Below the pieces are notes generated by a model. It saw only the letters and a program-made list of their open reading frames with translations. It was not told where the DNA came from and made no database searches. 64,000 nucleotides of DNA, taken from positions 8,864 to 72,863 of the forward strand of contig JBEKHW010000004.1 of NCBI GenBank assembly GCA_050012075.1, in the 5' to 3' direction. The translations under genes and the position numbers were made by a program. Of the stretch, positions 9,605-19,197 are shown piece by piece; within the stretch, counting starts at the first letter, position 1; the number at the start of each line of letters is the position of its first letter. Origin of the DNA: Candidatus Omnitrophota bacterium (lineage in GTDB: Bacteria; Omnitrophota; Gorgyraeia; Gygaellales; Profunditerraquicolaceae).

Positions 9605-10351
9605 ATGAAGAAAACAATTAAGAAATCAATAATCACTGCGTTCATCATCGGGTTTATCCTGATTTTAGCAATAGCCGCATTTACGGTTTTCTTTGATGAG
9701 GCGGCTTTGGTCAGAAAGGGCACATTGTATGACGTAAAGAGTAAAGACAAGCTCGTGGCGCTGACCTTTGATGACGGGCCGTCTCCGGAATGGACTCCGC
9801 AGATATTAGAGGCTTTAAAGGCGGCAGGTATAAAAGCCACTTTCTTTATGCTTGGCAAGCACGTGCGGGAATATCCTGAGATTGCCAGAATGGTCGTTTC
9901 TGAAGGCCATGAGATAGGCAATCACAGTTATAGCCATCATGTGCTTATTTATTACAAAACCGATGAATTGGAGAAAGAAATAAAAGATACAGAACAAATA
10001 ATCGGGAAGGTAACAGGGGTTACCACGAAGTATTTCCGTCCGCCAAAGGCATGGCTTACTGAGGCAGAAAAGAAGAAAATAAAGGAAATGGGGTATAAGA
10101 TTGTGCTTTGGTCATTAAACTCCAAGGATTGGGTTAATTTCGACGACAAATATATCGTTAGGTATTTGGCCAGGCGTATTAATCCGGGCGACATCATCTT
10201 ATTTCATGACAGCGGAGGGGTTTTTAGCACGGAGGGAGGCAGCCGCCATGAGACAGTAAAGAGTGTGCCGCTATTGGCTGAAAAGTTGAGGAAAATGGGT
10301 TACAGGTTTGTGACCATAAGCCAACTCATTAGCGCAAGGAAGGGCAACTGA
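9605..10351 (+). CDS. Polysaccharide deacetylase (CE4)
   Basis: LTFDDGP, GNHSYSH, FRPP, IILFHD; N-terminal TM. Confidence 0.92.
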   Translation: MKKTIKKSIITAFIIGFILILAIAAFTVFFDEAALVRKGTLYDVKSKDKLVALTFDDGPSPEWTPQILEALKAAGIKATFFMLGKHVREYPEIARMVVSEGHEIGNHSYSHHVLIYYKTDELEKEIKDTEQIIGKVTGVTTKYFRPPKAWLTEAEKKKIKEMGYKIVLWSLNSKDWVNFDDKYIVRYLARRINPGDIILFHDSGGVFSTEGGSRHETVKSVPLLAEKLRKMGYRFVTISQLISARKGN

Positions 10352-10353
10352 TT

Positions 10354-12006
10354 ATGAATAAAGATTTAAAATATATCCTCATCCTGTTTTTCCTCGGTTA
10401 CTTTTTTTTATTCTTCGGTAATGGTTTAATCAGCCTGACGAGCCCCGATGAAGTTTTTTACGCCCAGACCGCAAGAGAGATGAGCCAGCATCATACCTGG
10501 ATGACGCCCATTCTTTTTGACCAGCCGCAGTTTGAAAAGCCGATTCTTACTTATTGGCTTTTAAGGATAGGGTTTATAATCTTTGGAGTCAGCAGTTTCT
10601 CCGCGCGTTTTTTCCCCGCTCTGTTTGGGCTTATCGGCGTGATCGCGGTTTACCTCTTCGCAAAACTGCTTTTCGAAGACCATAAAAAGGCATTTATTTC
10701 GGCGCTGGTGCTTTTATCCGCCGGTTTCTATATAGGTATGGCAAGGACTGTTTTTACGGATATGGTTTTTTCTGTATTGGTCCTTCTTTCACTGCTTAGT
10801 TTCTTCTGGGGATACGCTTGCGAAAAATGGAAAGGGCCTGGGATTATATTGTTTTTTATTTTTTCAGCGCTAGCAGTCCTTGCAAAAGGGCCGCTAGGTT
10901 TATTTATTCCGTTTTTGGCCGTAGGCGTCTTTTTGCTTCTAGAAAGAAAAATAAAATTTATATGCTCCAGTTATGCTTTGTGGGGGATACTCATTTTCTT
11001 AATCATTTCCTTACCCTGGTATATTCTTATGACTGCCAAATACGGCCAGGCCTTCCTGCATGAATTTTTTTATAATGACCATTACCGCAGGCTTATTGAG
11101 GCAGAACACGGGGGAAGCGACAGGTGGTATTTTTATCCTTTTACCATGCTTGGATGTATGTTTCCCTGGAGTATCTTTGTCGCGGTTTCCCTTTTTTATC
11201 TTTTCTGGCGCATAAGCAAGCCAAGGACCGCCGACCTTTTCATTGTCAGCTGGATTGCCTCTACTTTATTGGTTTTCCAGCCCGCCCACTCGAAATTGAC
11301 CAGCTATATTCTACCGCTTTTCCCTGCCCTGGCTTTGGCATGCGGTGATTTTATTTATGATTGCATAGCGCATAAGGAGAGAAAACGATTACTCTTTATT
11401 CTTTTGGCTTTAATATGGGCCATCCTGCTATTTATCGCAGTGGGAGTTGTTTTTGCCTCTTTCAAATTCTCCAATTATATCTCTTCTCCGAGCCCTGTTT
11501 GTTTTCTTACCATGGTTTTTATCTTATGGCTTTCGGTACTTTTGTTTTACATTGCCAGGCATAAATACAATACAGCTGTTTATTTGCTTGCCCTGTGTGT
11601 GCCCGTAATGCTTTCGGTAGTCCCGTTTATACATCGGGATATCGAAGTGAATTTCTCTTCACAATACGCCTGTGGATATTTATTGAAAAACTACTCGCCC
11701 GATCGAGAATCGTACGTGTTAGCTTCCAAGGATTTTGCCAGGGGAACGCGCTACTATACCGATATGAAAGTAGCGGTATTTGCCCCGCGCGCAAAGAATT
11801 TCTTCAGCCCTCACCCCATACCATTTCTGGATACTGATGGAAAAATCTTGGATTTCCTGCGCCAACATCCCCTGGTTTATTGTTTCCTCAAGAAATCGTC
11901 CTTAGAGAATCTAAAGAGCGCACTGAATAAGGATTTCGAGTATCGGATCCTTAACTTAATCGGGAACCAATATATCGTAAAGATCCAACAAATCCGGCAC
12001 GATTAG
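10354..12006 (+). CDS. ArnT/PMT-like GT-C membrane glycosyltransferase
   Basis: DEVFYAQTAREM, FEKPILTYW, LAKGPLG, YILPLFPALAL. Confidence 0.88.
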   Translation: MNKDLKYILILFFLGYFFLFFGNGLISLTSPDEVFYAQTAREMSQHHTWMTPILFDQPQFEKPILTYWLLRIGFIIFGVSSFSARFFPALFGLIGVIAVYLFAKLLFEDHKKAFISALVLLSAGFYIGMARTVFTDMVFSVLVLLSLLSFFWGYACEKWKGPGIILFFIFSALAVLAKGPLGLFIPFLAVGVFLLLERKIKFICSSYALWGILIFLIISLPWYILMTAKYGQAFLHEFFYNDHYRRLIEAEHGGSDRWYFYPFTMLGCMFPWSIFVAVSLFYLFWRISKPRTADLFIVSWIASTLLVFQPAHSKLTSYILPLFPALALACGDFIYDCIAHKERKRLLFILLALIWAILLFIAVGVVFASFKFSNYISSPSPVCFLTMVFILWLSVLLFYIARHKYNTAVYLLALCVPVMLSVVPFIHRDIEVNFSSQYACGYLLKNYSPDRESYVLASKDFARGTRYYTDMKVAVFAPRAKNFFSPHPIPFLDTDGKILDFLRQHPLVYCFLKKSSLENLKSALNKDFEYRILNLIGNQYIVKIQQIRHD

Positions 12007-12110
12007 CCAGAAAAGTGCTATCCGTTCTTTTTTGTATTGGATAGTAATAATTTATAGTGCTATAATACGTTATCTTTTGGCACTAAACTCCCGCCTATAA
12101 AATTAAAATT

Positions 12111-14384
12111 ATGGATACACAGGTAAGAAAAAGTGGGCTTAAGCTTATCAGGGATTTTCCCTGGGGTACTCATTTCTGCCAGTTCTATTCTACGAAACAA
12201 GACCTTCTTGATATCTTGGTTCCTTATTTTAAAGCCGGATTAAAAAACAATGAATTCTGCATGTGGGTTACTTCAGAGCCCTTAGGCGTTACGGATGCAA
12301 AAGCCGCAATGCAAAAAGCGGTTCCGGATTTCAAACGTTACATTAAAAAAGGCCAGATAGAAATCATCGCCTATTCGCAATGGTATGTAAAAGGCGGCGC
12401 CTTCAATCAAGACAGGGTGCTTGATGGCTGGGTGAGAAAACTTAAAGAAGGAGAAAGGCGCGGTTTTGATGGCCTGCGTTTGACCGGAAACACCTTATGG
12501 CTGGAGAAAAAGCACTGGAAGGCGTTCACCGAGTATGAGCGCGTTATCAATTCGGTGATTGGTAATTATAAGATGCTGGCGATATGCACCTATTCGTTAG
12601 ATAAATGCGGCGCGTCTGAAATATTGGATGTGGTGGCTAACCATGAATTCGCGCTCGTGAAACGGAATGGCAAATGGCAGATTCTTGAAAGCTCTGAGCG
12701 CAAGCGGATAGAAAATTTACTGCAAGAAAAAATCAGCCATCTTGCTTCATTCCCGCAGCTTAACCCTAATCCGGTGATTGAAGTTGACGCAAGCGGCAAA
12801 GTAATTTTTTGTAACTATGCCGCCATCAGAATCCTGCAACGGTTAAATGCGCCTAAGAGGATAAATTTATTCTTTCCTGCAGATTTTGCGAAAATCCTGA
12901 AAGCCGCTCAGTCCGGGGAAAAGAATGAATTTAACCGCGAGGTTAAAATAAAAGATTCTATTTTTATTGAAAACCTGGCTATTGTACCAGAATCAAAAAC
13001 AGTGCGTATTTATGCCCTGGATATCACCTGGCGTAAGCGCGCCGAGGAAGCGCTGCGTAAAAGCGAGGGGCAACTTAAGAAACTAAACCGCATGCTTAAA
13101 GCGCTTAGCGATTCTGACCAGGCAATGATGCGTGCCGATAATGAGGCGGATTATCTGAATAAAATCTGTGAAATCATAATCGAGGATTGCGGCTATTCTA
13201 TGGTATGGATAGGATTTGCTGAAGAAGATGAGGATAGGACAGTGCGTCCGGTGGCACAGGCAGGTTTTGAAGAAGGGTACCTTAAGACCGTAAATATCAC
13301 ATGGTCGGATACCGAATTCGGCAGGGGGCCGACAGGTACGGCTATACGTACCGGAAAACCTAGTATTTGCAGAAACATGCTGACGGATACCAATTTTAAA
13401 CCCTGGCGGCAGGAAGCGATAAAAAGAGGTTACGCATCCTCAATAGTCCTTCCTTTGATTACAGCCGATAGGGTATTCGGAGCGATAAACATATATTCAA
13501 GAGAGCCGGATCCTTTCTCGGAAAAAGAGGTACAGTTACTTTCCGAATTGGCTGATGACCTTGCTTACGGAATACAGGCGATACGTTTACGCGCTGAACA
13601 TGCGCAAGCGGAAGAGGAACTGCACCGGGCTGACGAAATATTGAAACGAGACAAAGAAACTCTTGAGCGGATCGTGAAAGAAAGGACCGAAAAATTATTG
13701 GCGGCGGAATTAGAACTGGAGAAGGCAAAACACCTCTCAGATATAGGAACACTCGCCGCTACAGTTGCCCATGAGCTGCGCAATCCCCTGGCTGCAATTG
13801 GAATTGCTGCTCACAATATAAAAAGAAAGGCAAAGAATCCTGATTTGGAACACCACCTGTCCAATATCGAAAAGAAGGTTTCCGAGAGCGACCAGATTAT
13901 CAATAATCTATTGTATTATTCCAGGATTAAGCCGCCGCACTATGAGAGAATCAATATCCGCGATATTATAAATGAATGCGTGGATACAAAAAAGAAGGGG
14001 TTTCATAATAAGATATCTTGTAAGGTCAGGATGCGGGTGCCAGATATTTTTATCGAGGCAGACCCGCTGCAAATGAAGGAAGTGTTTTCCAATATAATAA
14101 ACAACGCCTGCGACGCTATTTCCGGAGAAAGGGGTAAAGTAGAGATTGCAATTCATGATGAGACTAATAGTGTCAGGATTGACATCTGCGATAACGGATG
14201 CGGTATAGAAAAAGAATACCTATCCAAAGTGTTTGATCCATTCTTCACTACCAAAGCCAAAGGCACCGGGCTTGGCCTTTCGGTCTGCCAGCAGATAGTG
14301 CATCTGCACGGCGGCTCAATATCCATAGAGAGCCAGCCGCAAAAAGGGACAACCGTTACGGTGAGCCTGCCTAAGAAAGAATAA
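12111..14384 (+). CDS. MEDS-PAS-GAF sensor histidine kinase
   Basis: PWGTHFCQFY (MEDS), NPNPVIEVD (PAS), GPTGTAIRTG (GAF), AHELRNPL H-box, DNGCGI, GTGLGL. Confidence 0.9.
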   Translation: MDTQVRKSGLKLIRDFPWGTHFCQFYSTKQDLLDILVPYFKAGLKNNEFCMWVTSEPLGVTDAKAAMQKAVPDFKRYIKKGQIEIIAYSQWYVKGGAFNQDRVLDGWVRKLKEGERRGFDGLRLTGNTLWLEKKHWKAFTEYERVINSVIGNYKMLAICTYSLDKCGASEILDVVANHEFALVKRNGKWQILESSERKRIENLLQEKISHLASFPQLNPNPVIEVDASGKVIFCNYAAIRILQRLNAPKRINLFFPADFAKILKAAQSGEKNEFNREVKIKDSIFIENLAIVPESKTVRIYALDITWRKRAEEALRKSEGQLKKLNRMLKALSDSDQAMMRADNEADYLNKICEIIIEDCGYSMVWIGFAEEDEDRTVRPVAQAGFEEGYLKTVNITWSDTEFGRGPTGTAIRTGKPSICRNMLTDTNFKPWRQEAIKRGYASSIVLPLITADRVFGAINIYSREPDPFSEKEVQLLSELADDLAYGIQAIRLRAEHAQAEEELHRADEILKRDKETLERIVKERTEKLLAAELELEKAKHLSDIGTLAATVAHELRNPLAAIGIAAHNIKRKAKNPDLEHHLSNIEKKVSESDQIINNLLYYSRIKPPHYERINIRDIINECVDTKKKGFHNKISCKVRMRVPDIFIEADPLQMKEVFSNIINNACDAISGERGKVEIAIHDETNSVRIDICDNGCGIEKEYLSKVFDPFFTTKAKGTGLGLSVCQQIVHLHGGSISIESQPQKGTTVTVSLPKKE

Positions 14385-14426
14385 ATAGAAGCAAAGAGGT
14401 TCCTTATTGAGGAATAATCCTTTACT

Positions 14427-14480
14427 ATGAGTAAAAAAATAACTGTTTTTCTGCGCACTTTTGGCTGGCCGATGGTGTAA
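14427..14480 (+). pseudogene. Orphan 5' fragment of miaB (attL-like scar)
   Basis: Translates MSKKITVFLRTFGWPMV*, matching the MiaB N-terminal x-T-F/Y-G-C-Q-M-N motif up to GGC-TG. Confidence 0.6.
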
Positions 14481-15963
14481 GTACCGCGTGATGATTTTGG
14501 GATTTTAACGCGGTTAAGCGATTGCGAATGCAGGAGTTAAGATAAGATGAGTGGTTGAAGGAACGACTTATGAATATAATTAATAAGAAAAGAATAAGGT
14601 ATTATTATGTAGCAGGAGTACTTATAGCCTTTTTTGGGCTATTTGTTTCTTTTAAATTTACCCTATCTACAGGTAATTTACCTTGGTTTGAGCCGCGGCT
14701 TTGTATAGATGGACCATATTATATTAACGGAATGATATCTATCGCTAGAAGTAACGATTTTTTAAATTTAAAAGATATATATCATTCCCCAGGATACCAA
14801 ATATATTTAGCTTTAATATATAAATTTTTTCCATACGATGGCAAAATATTCTATATAGTTAAGATCGTATCATGGGTACTGAATTTGCTGTGCGCCGGTC
14901 TTGTGTTTTATCTCGGGGAAAAATATTTTAGTCAATACGTTGGGATTATCGCAACAATTTTATTTGTATGGTCTACTAAGTATCGTATTTATATAAACTT
15001 ACTTCAGCCAGAAGTGCTCCTTGGATTTTTACTATTGATGTACGTGTGTTTTCAAATGAAAGCCGCAGAAGTTAAATCAAAACGCAAACAGCTCTTTTTA
15101 TTGTTTATATCAGGTACGCTTTCTTCGGTGATATGCCTTATTCAGGTAAGGTATATATTTATTGTGCTTTTTGGGTGTGTAAGTATTTATCTTAAGCATA
15201 GAGCCCGCGTTATGAATAAAAAATTGGTTTACAAAAATACTTTGTTTCAAATATTTATCTTTTTTCTACCGTTTATTCTCATATTTGTGGCATGGTCGGT
15301 TTATTACTCATTTAAAAATCATTGTATAATAACAGGGCAAAGTAGATCGTTGTGGCGATTTATGATTGGGAACAATCCTAATGCGTTAGGATACTCATAT
15401 CCTTATCCGGTTATGGGGAAGCCTGCTGGTTTTCAATTTATAATCTCGCAACCCATAAGGTTTCTTTGGCTTATCAAACAGAGGTTTTTATTTCTATGGG
15501 ATTTTAAAAAAGATATTTGGTATCTCAAAAGCCCTATCATTGAATGGTTAAATATGCATTCAGGAAAAGGCATTTTTGAAATGCCTTTCTATCTGGTATG
15601 CTTTTTTGCATTCCTCGCTGGGTTCCTGATCAAAATCAGATCGGATTTAAATAGATCCTCAATAGCTATCACCTCGTCTTTGTACTTAACATTTTTTGCA
15701 TCGATTATAGGGCCACTTCTTATTTTTAGTAGTTCGCGTTTTCTTATTCCAAGTGTACCTTTAATCGTTCTTTTTCAAAGTTACTTTATAATCTGGTTTT
15801 TTCAAAAATTGAAAAATATTACAATACCATTAAAAGCAGGCTAAGTATGTGTAGTCGGCCGAAATAGTAAAATGGAAACATTCCACTAGAGATAACATTT
15901 TTTGTTGTAACTATCTGAAAGACAGATGGATAAGAAACGTATCGCAATCGTTACGTACGGCTG
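14468..15963. mobile_element. Putative degenerate island inserted in the 5' end of miaB
   Basis: Bounded by GGCTG cores at 14463-14467 and 15959-15963; AT-rich cargo; no recombinase inside. Confidence 0.5.
14570..15844 (+). CDS. AT-rich multi-TM GT-C/PMT-like membrane protein
   Basis: DGPYY..IA, YHSPGYQIYLA, QPEVL, GNNPNA, SRFLIP; visibly lower GC than its neighbours; start 14555 or 14570. Confidence 0.7.
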   Translation: MNIINKKRIRYYYVAGVLIAFFGLFVSFKFTLSTGNLPWFEPRLCIDGPYYINGMISIARSNDFLNLKDIYHSPGYQIYLALIYKFFPYDGKIFYIVKIVSWVLNLLCAGLVFYLGEKYFSQYVGIIATILFVWSTKYRIYINLLQPEVLLGFLLLMYVCFQMKAAEVKSKRKQLFLLFISGTLSSVICLIQVRYIFIVLFGCVSIYLKHRARVMNKKLVYKNTLFQIFIFFLPFILIFVAWSVYYSFKNHCIITGQSRSLWRFMIGNNPNALGYSYPYPVMGKPAGFQFIISQPIRFLWLIKQRFLFLWDFKKDIWYLKSPIIEWLNMHSGKGIFEMPFYLVCFFAFLAGFLIKIRSDLNRSSIAITSSLYLTFFASIIGPLLIFSSSRFLIPSVPLIVLFQSYFIIWFFQKLKNITIPLKAG

Positions 15964-17065
15964 CCAGATGAATGTTAGGGATTCGGAAGTAATTTGCGGC
16001 CTTCTCCAGAAGGCTGGGTTTAAGATTACCGAAGATGAGAAGGCGGCGGATATAGCTATCTTTAATACCTGTTCTGTGCGCCAGCACGCAGAAGATAAGG
16101 TTTGGTCGGCAGTGGGTATGACAAAAGCTGGAATTATCGGTATCGTAGGATGTATGGCGAATAATTACCGCGAGGCGATTTTCGAGAAGGCGCCAAAAGT
16201 GGATTTTGTGGTTGGGACATCTGATATTGCCAAGATGCCCGGCATAATTAAGGAAATACAAAAACATAAAGGCGGATTTCTTGCCAAGAAGATTTATGAA
16301 ACAGACGCGGATTACAGGGAAGATGAGATTTACCATACAGGTTTTCATCTGGATAAAAATCACGCTTTTGTGGTGATTTCTGAGGGGTGCGAGAACTATT
16401 GTTCATACTGCGTGGTCCCTTATGTGCGCGGGAAGTTGCGCTCACGTAATCATCAGGATATCCTTGATGAAATAAAAGAGGATATTGACTCCGGAATAAC
16501 GAAAATAACCCTGCTTGGGCAAAATGTCAACGCATATGTTTCAAGCGCACAACCCACAGCGCATAACGCACAACGAACAAGATTTGTCGAGTTGTTAGAA
16601 ATGGTAAACGATGTAAAGGGCCTTAAAGAATTCACTTTTGTCACTTCTCATCCAAAAGATACTTCGGTAGAATTATTTAAGGCGATGGCAGAGCTGGAAA
16701 AATTAAAAAAACACCTTCACCTTCCGGTGCAGTCAGGTTCAGACAGAATTCTAAAGCTAATGAACCGCGGTTACACCAGAAGATTCTATTTGGATTTGAT
16801 AGAGGATTATCGTAAAATAGTAAAAGACGGGGCGCTCTCTACTGATATCATTGTCGGTTTTCCCACTGAAAATAAAGACGATTTCCAGGATACTTACGAC
16901 CTGGTAGGAGGTGTCGAGTTTGATGCTGCCTACATATTCAAGTATTCCGTAAGGCCGCATACGCAGGCAGCCAGTATGCCTGATGATGTAGAGAAGAAGG
17001 AGAAAGAAAGAAGACACGGGTTAATTTTGGAATTACAGAAGGAGATATCACGAAGAAAGAAATGA
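15926..17065 (+). CDS. miaB: tRNA methylthiotransferase MiaB (no C-terminal TRAM domain)
   Basis: TYGCQMN, NTCSVR, GCMA, CENYCSYCVVP, GQNVNAY, HLPVQSGS; adjacent to miaA. Confidence 0.88.
   Translation: MDKKRIAIVTYGCQMNVRDSEVICGLLQKAGFKITEDEKAADIAIFNTCSVRQHAEDKVWSAVGMTKAGIIGIVGCMANNYREAIFEKAPKVDFVVGTSDIAKMPGIIKEIQKHKGGFLAKKIYETDADYREDEIYHTGFHLDKNHAFVVISEGCENYCSYCVVPYVRGKLRSRNHQDILDEIKEDIDSGITKITLLGQNVNAYVSSAQPTAHNAQRTRFVELLEMVNDVKGLKEFTFVTSHPKDTSVELFKAMAELEKLKKHLHLPVQSGSDRILKLMNRGYTRRFYLDLIEDYRKIVKDGALSTDIIVGFPTENKDDFQDTYDLVGGVEFDAAYIFKYSVRPHTQAASMPDDVEKKEKERRHGLILELQKEISRRKK
16544..16578 (+). repeat. Five-unit heptamer array within miaB
   Basis: agcgcac aacccac agcgcat aacgcac aacgaac, translated as SAQPTAHNAQRT. 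Confidence 0.7.
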
Positions 17066-17832
17066 AGAAAATAGCGATCTTGATTATTCTGCTGACTGTC
17101 TGGTTCGTTTGCGCCTATGCCGCTAGTTTAGATACTATGAAGGTCTATTTCCTGAACGCGGATTATAAGGCGGCGATACTGGAAGGAGAGAAGCTTTTAG
17201 CCGGGGCAAAGGATTCTTCGGGGCTTGATGAGTTATATTATCTACTTGGCTTAAGCTATCTTAAAGACGGTAATTATTTACGGGCCTCGGATATATTTGA
17301 GATAATGCTATACGAGATTAAACCCAATAGGTTTAAAGAAGAGGCAAAGCTCGCCTTAGGCGACACCTATCTTTTAAGGAAGGAGCCAGGCAAGGCGCAG
17401 GAATATTACCTTGCGTTGCTACAGGCAAACCCCGCTACCAAACTAAGGGCGCAGTTATATTACCGTTTAAGTAAAACCGGTTTTGATACAGGCAATGCCC
17501 AGCAAGGCGCCCAATATAGGGAAAAACTAAAAAAAGAGTTTCCTTCCGATGTAGAAGCGCTGACAAACCAGGATATATGTTATCTTGATAAAAATACCTC
17601 CTCCGGCACATTTTACACTGTACAGGTAGGATATTTCGCCAATCCTTCTAACGCCCGGAATCTCACTCAGGAATTGGCCTCTAAAGGATATCCTGCCTAT
17701 ACCGAAGAAGCATTTATCGGCGGAAAGCACTATTATCGAGTCATGGTTGGTAAATCAGCTGTTCGCCGGGACACTGCCATATTGGCAGATAAATTATCCG
17801 CCCAGGGTTATCCCACGAAAATCTGCCCCTGA
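17062..17832 (+). CDS. Exported TPR + SPOR domain protein
   Basis: Signal peptide, TPR-like YYLLGLSYLK, SPOR YTVQVGYFANPSNA..YRVMVG. Confidence 0.85.
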   Translation: MKKIAILIILLTVWFVCAYAASLDTMKVYFLNADYKAAILEGEKLLAGAKDSSGLDELYYLLGLSYLKDGNYLRASDIFEIMLYEIKPNRFKEEAKLALGDTYLLRKEPGKAQEYYLALLQANPATKLRAQLYYRLSKTGFDTGNAQQGAQYREKLKKEFPSDVEALTNQDICYLDKNTSSGTFYTVQVGYFANPSNARNLTQELASKGYPAYTEEAFIGGKHYYRVMVGKSAVRRDTAILADKLSAQGYPTKICP

Positions 17833-18839
17833 TGAAACGTCACCACGCCACCACGTCAGTGCCAAGCGAAGCGAATCCTACCCGGAGGGGACCACGTCAC
17901 CAGAGTAAAACTTGCTCAAATAGAAAGAGAGTCGTTTTTATTACCGGGCCTACGGCTTCAGGTAAGAGTGAAATAGCGCTGGTCTTAGCCAGCAAGCTTG
18001 GCGCTGAAATAATTTCCAGCGACTCCATGCAGATTTATAAGGGGATGGAGATCCTTTCTTCCCAGCCACAACCATCCATAAGGAAAAAAGTACCGCATCA
18101 TCTATTGGCTTTTATTTCTCCACGGAAAGAATACAATGTGTCCCGCTATATCCGCGACGCAAATAAGAAGGTAAAGAGCATAATTAAAAAAGGAAAGTTT
18201 CCGCTTTTTGTGGGCGGCACAGGTTTATACATGGCGACAATTATTGACGGCATATTCAAGGATTCAGGTAAAAATGAGGACTTACGCAAGAAACTTTATA
18301 AACAGTCCAAAACCCATGGTGTAGGTTTTTTACATGCGAGGTTAGCAAAAATAGACCCTGTTGCCGCTTCAAGGATCCATCCCAATGATACAAAGCGCAT
18401 AGTAAGGGCCCTTGAGGTATTTGAAACTACGGGAAAACCGATATCCCAATTGCAGAAGGAAAAAAGCGGCGGGCTTAGCGAGGATTATGATATAAAAATC
18501 TTCTGCCTTAACCTTAAACGCAGCGCCCTCTATAGAAGGATTGAGAAAAGAGTGGATGTGATGTTTAAAAGAGGTATACTGGAAGAGGTAAAGAAACTTT
18601 TAATGATACCGTTAAGTAAAACCGCTTCTTATGCTATAGGTATAAGAGAATTAGAAGGTTATTTTGCGGGCCGTTATGATTTAGGAGAGGCAAAGGAGCT
18701 TATAAAGAGGAATACGCGATTATACGCTAAGCGGCAGTTGACCTGGTTTAGGAAAGATAAGCGCATAGAGTGGGTAGAGATAGGAGATAAAGAGAAATCT
18801 TCAGTAACCGTAGAAAGGATATTTAAGAAGCTGATGTGA
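17832..18839 (+). CDS. miaA: tRNA dimethylallyltransferase
   Basis: GPTASGKS, DSMQIY, VGGTGLY, HPND, YAKRQLTWF; repeat-derived N-terminal extension. Confidence 0.95.
   Translation: MKRHHATTSVPSEANPTRRGPRHQSKTCSNRKRVVFITGPTASGKSEIALVLASKLGAEIISSDSMQIYKGMEILSSQPQPSIRKKVPHHLLAFISPRKEYNVSRYIRDANKKVKSIIKKGKFPLFVGGTGLYMATIIDGIFKDSGKNEDLRKKLYKQSKTHGVGFLHARLAKIDPVAASRIHPNDTKRIVRALEVFETTGKPISQLQKEKSGGLSEDYDIKIFCLNLKRSALYRRIEKRVDVMFKRGILEEVKKLLMIPLSKTASYAIGIRELEGYFAGRYDLGEAKELIKRNTRLYAKRQLTWFRKDKRIEWVEIGDKEKSSVTVERIFKKLM
17839..17903 (+). repeat. GTCACCAC octamer array with a 33-nt nested insert at the miaA N-terminus
   Basis: gtcaccac gccaccac gtca[17859-17891]ccac gtcaccag. Confidence 0.7.
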
Positions 18840-18841
18840 TG

Positions 18842-19008
18842 GGCGGGTCCTGCCGAGGCGCGTTCTCGCAGGAACGCACGATTTTCCCCAGCGTGGAAAA
18901 TCGTGCTCGGCTCCTCGGCCTCACTCGTCACATACAAGTTTATTTAGGGTGACACCGTGCCCGTTCGGCCTGCGGACGTCCTGCTCGAATCGCGCCTCGT
19001 CACCCGCC
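18842..19008. repeat. Long branched GC-rich palindromic element
   Basis: Nested stems ggcgggt/acccgcc, cgaggcgcg/cgcgcctcg, gcagga/tcctgc; side hairpin gcacgattttcc/ggaaaatcgtgc; gtcac/gtgac. Confidence 0.75.
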
Positions 19009-19035
19009 TCTTGAGACAGTAGTAAGCCTGGGAAC

Positions 19036-19197
19036 AATCAGATTTGTAAAAAAATGCTGGTAGCCGAGATTGGAAGATTTCCGGCTTTTGCCGGAGCGTG
19101 CATTAGTCCGCCACAAATTTTGGCGGACAGCACGCGAGGCGAAAGACGGAAAGCTAATTTTGCATCCCCGCGAAAGTATGGACAAAACACGCTGATT
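19036..19197. repeat. Second imperfect rod-like palindrome with a nested TCCGCCA..TGGCGGA hairpin
   Basis: tttccg/cggaaa, cttttgcc/ggcgaaag, gcgtgc/gcacgc, gtccgcca/tggcggac (19106-19128). Confidence 0.6.
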
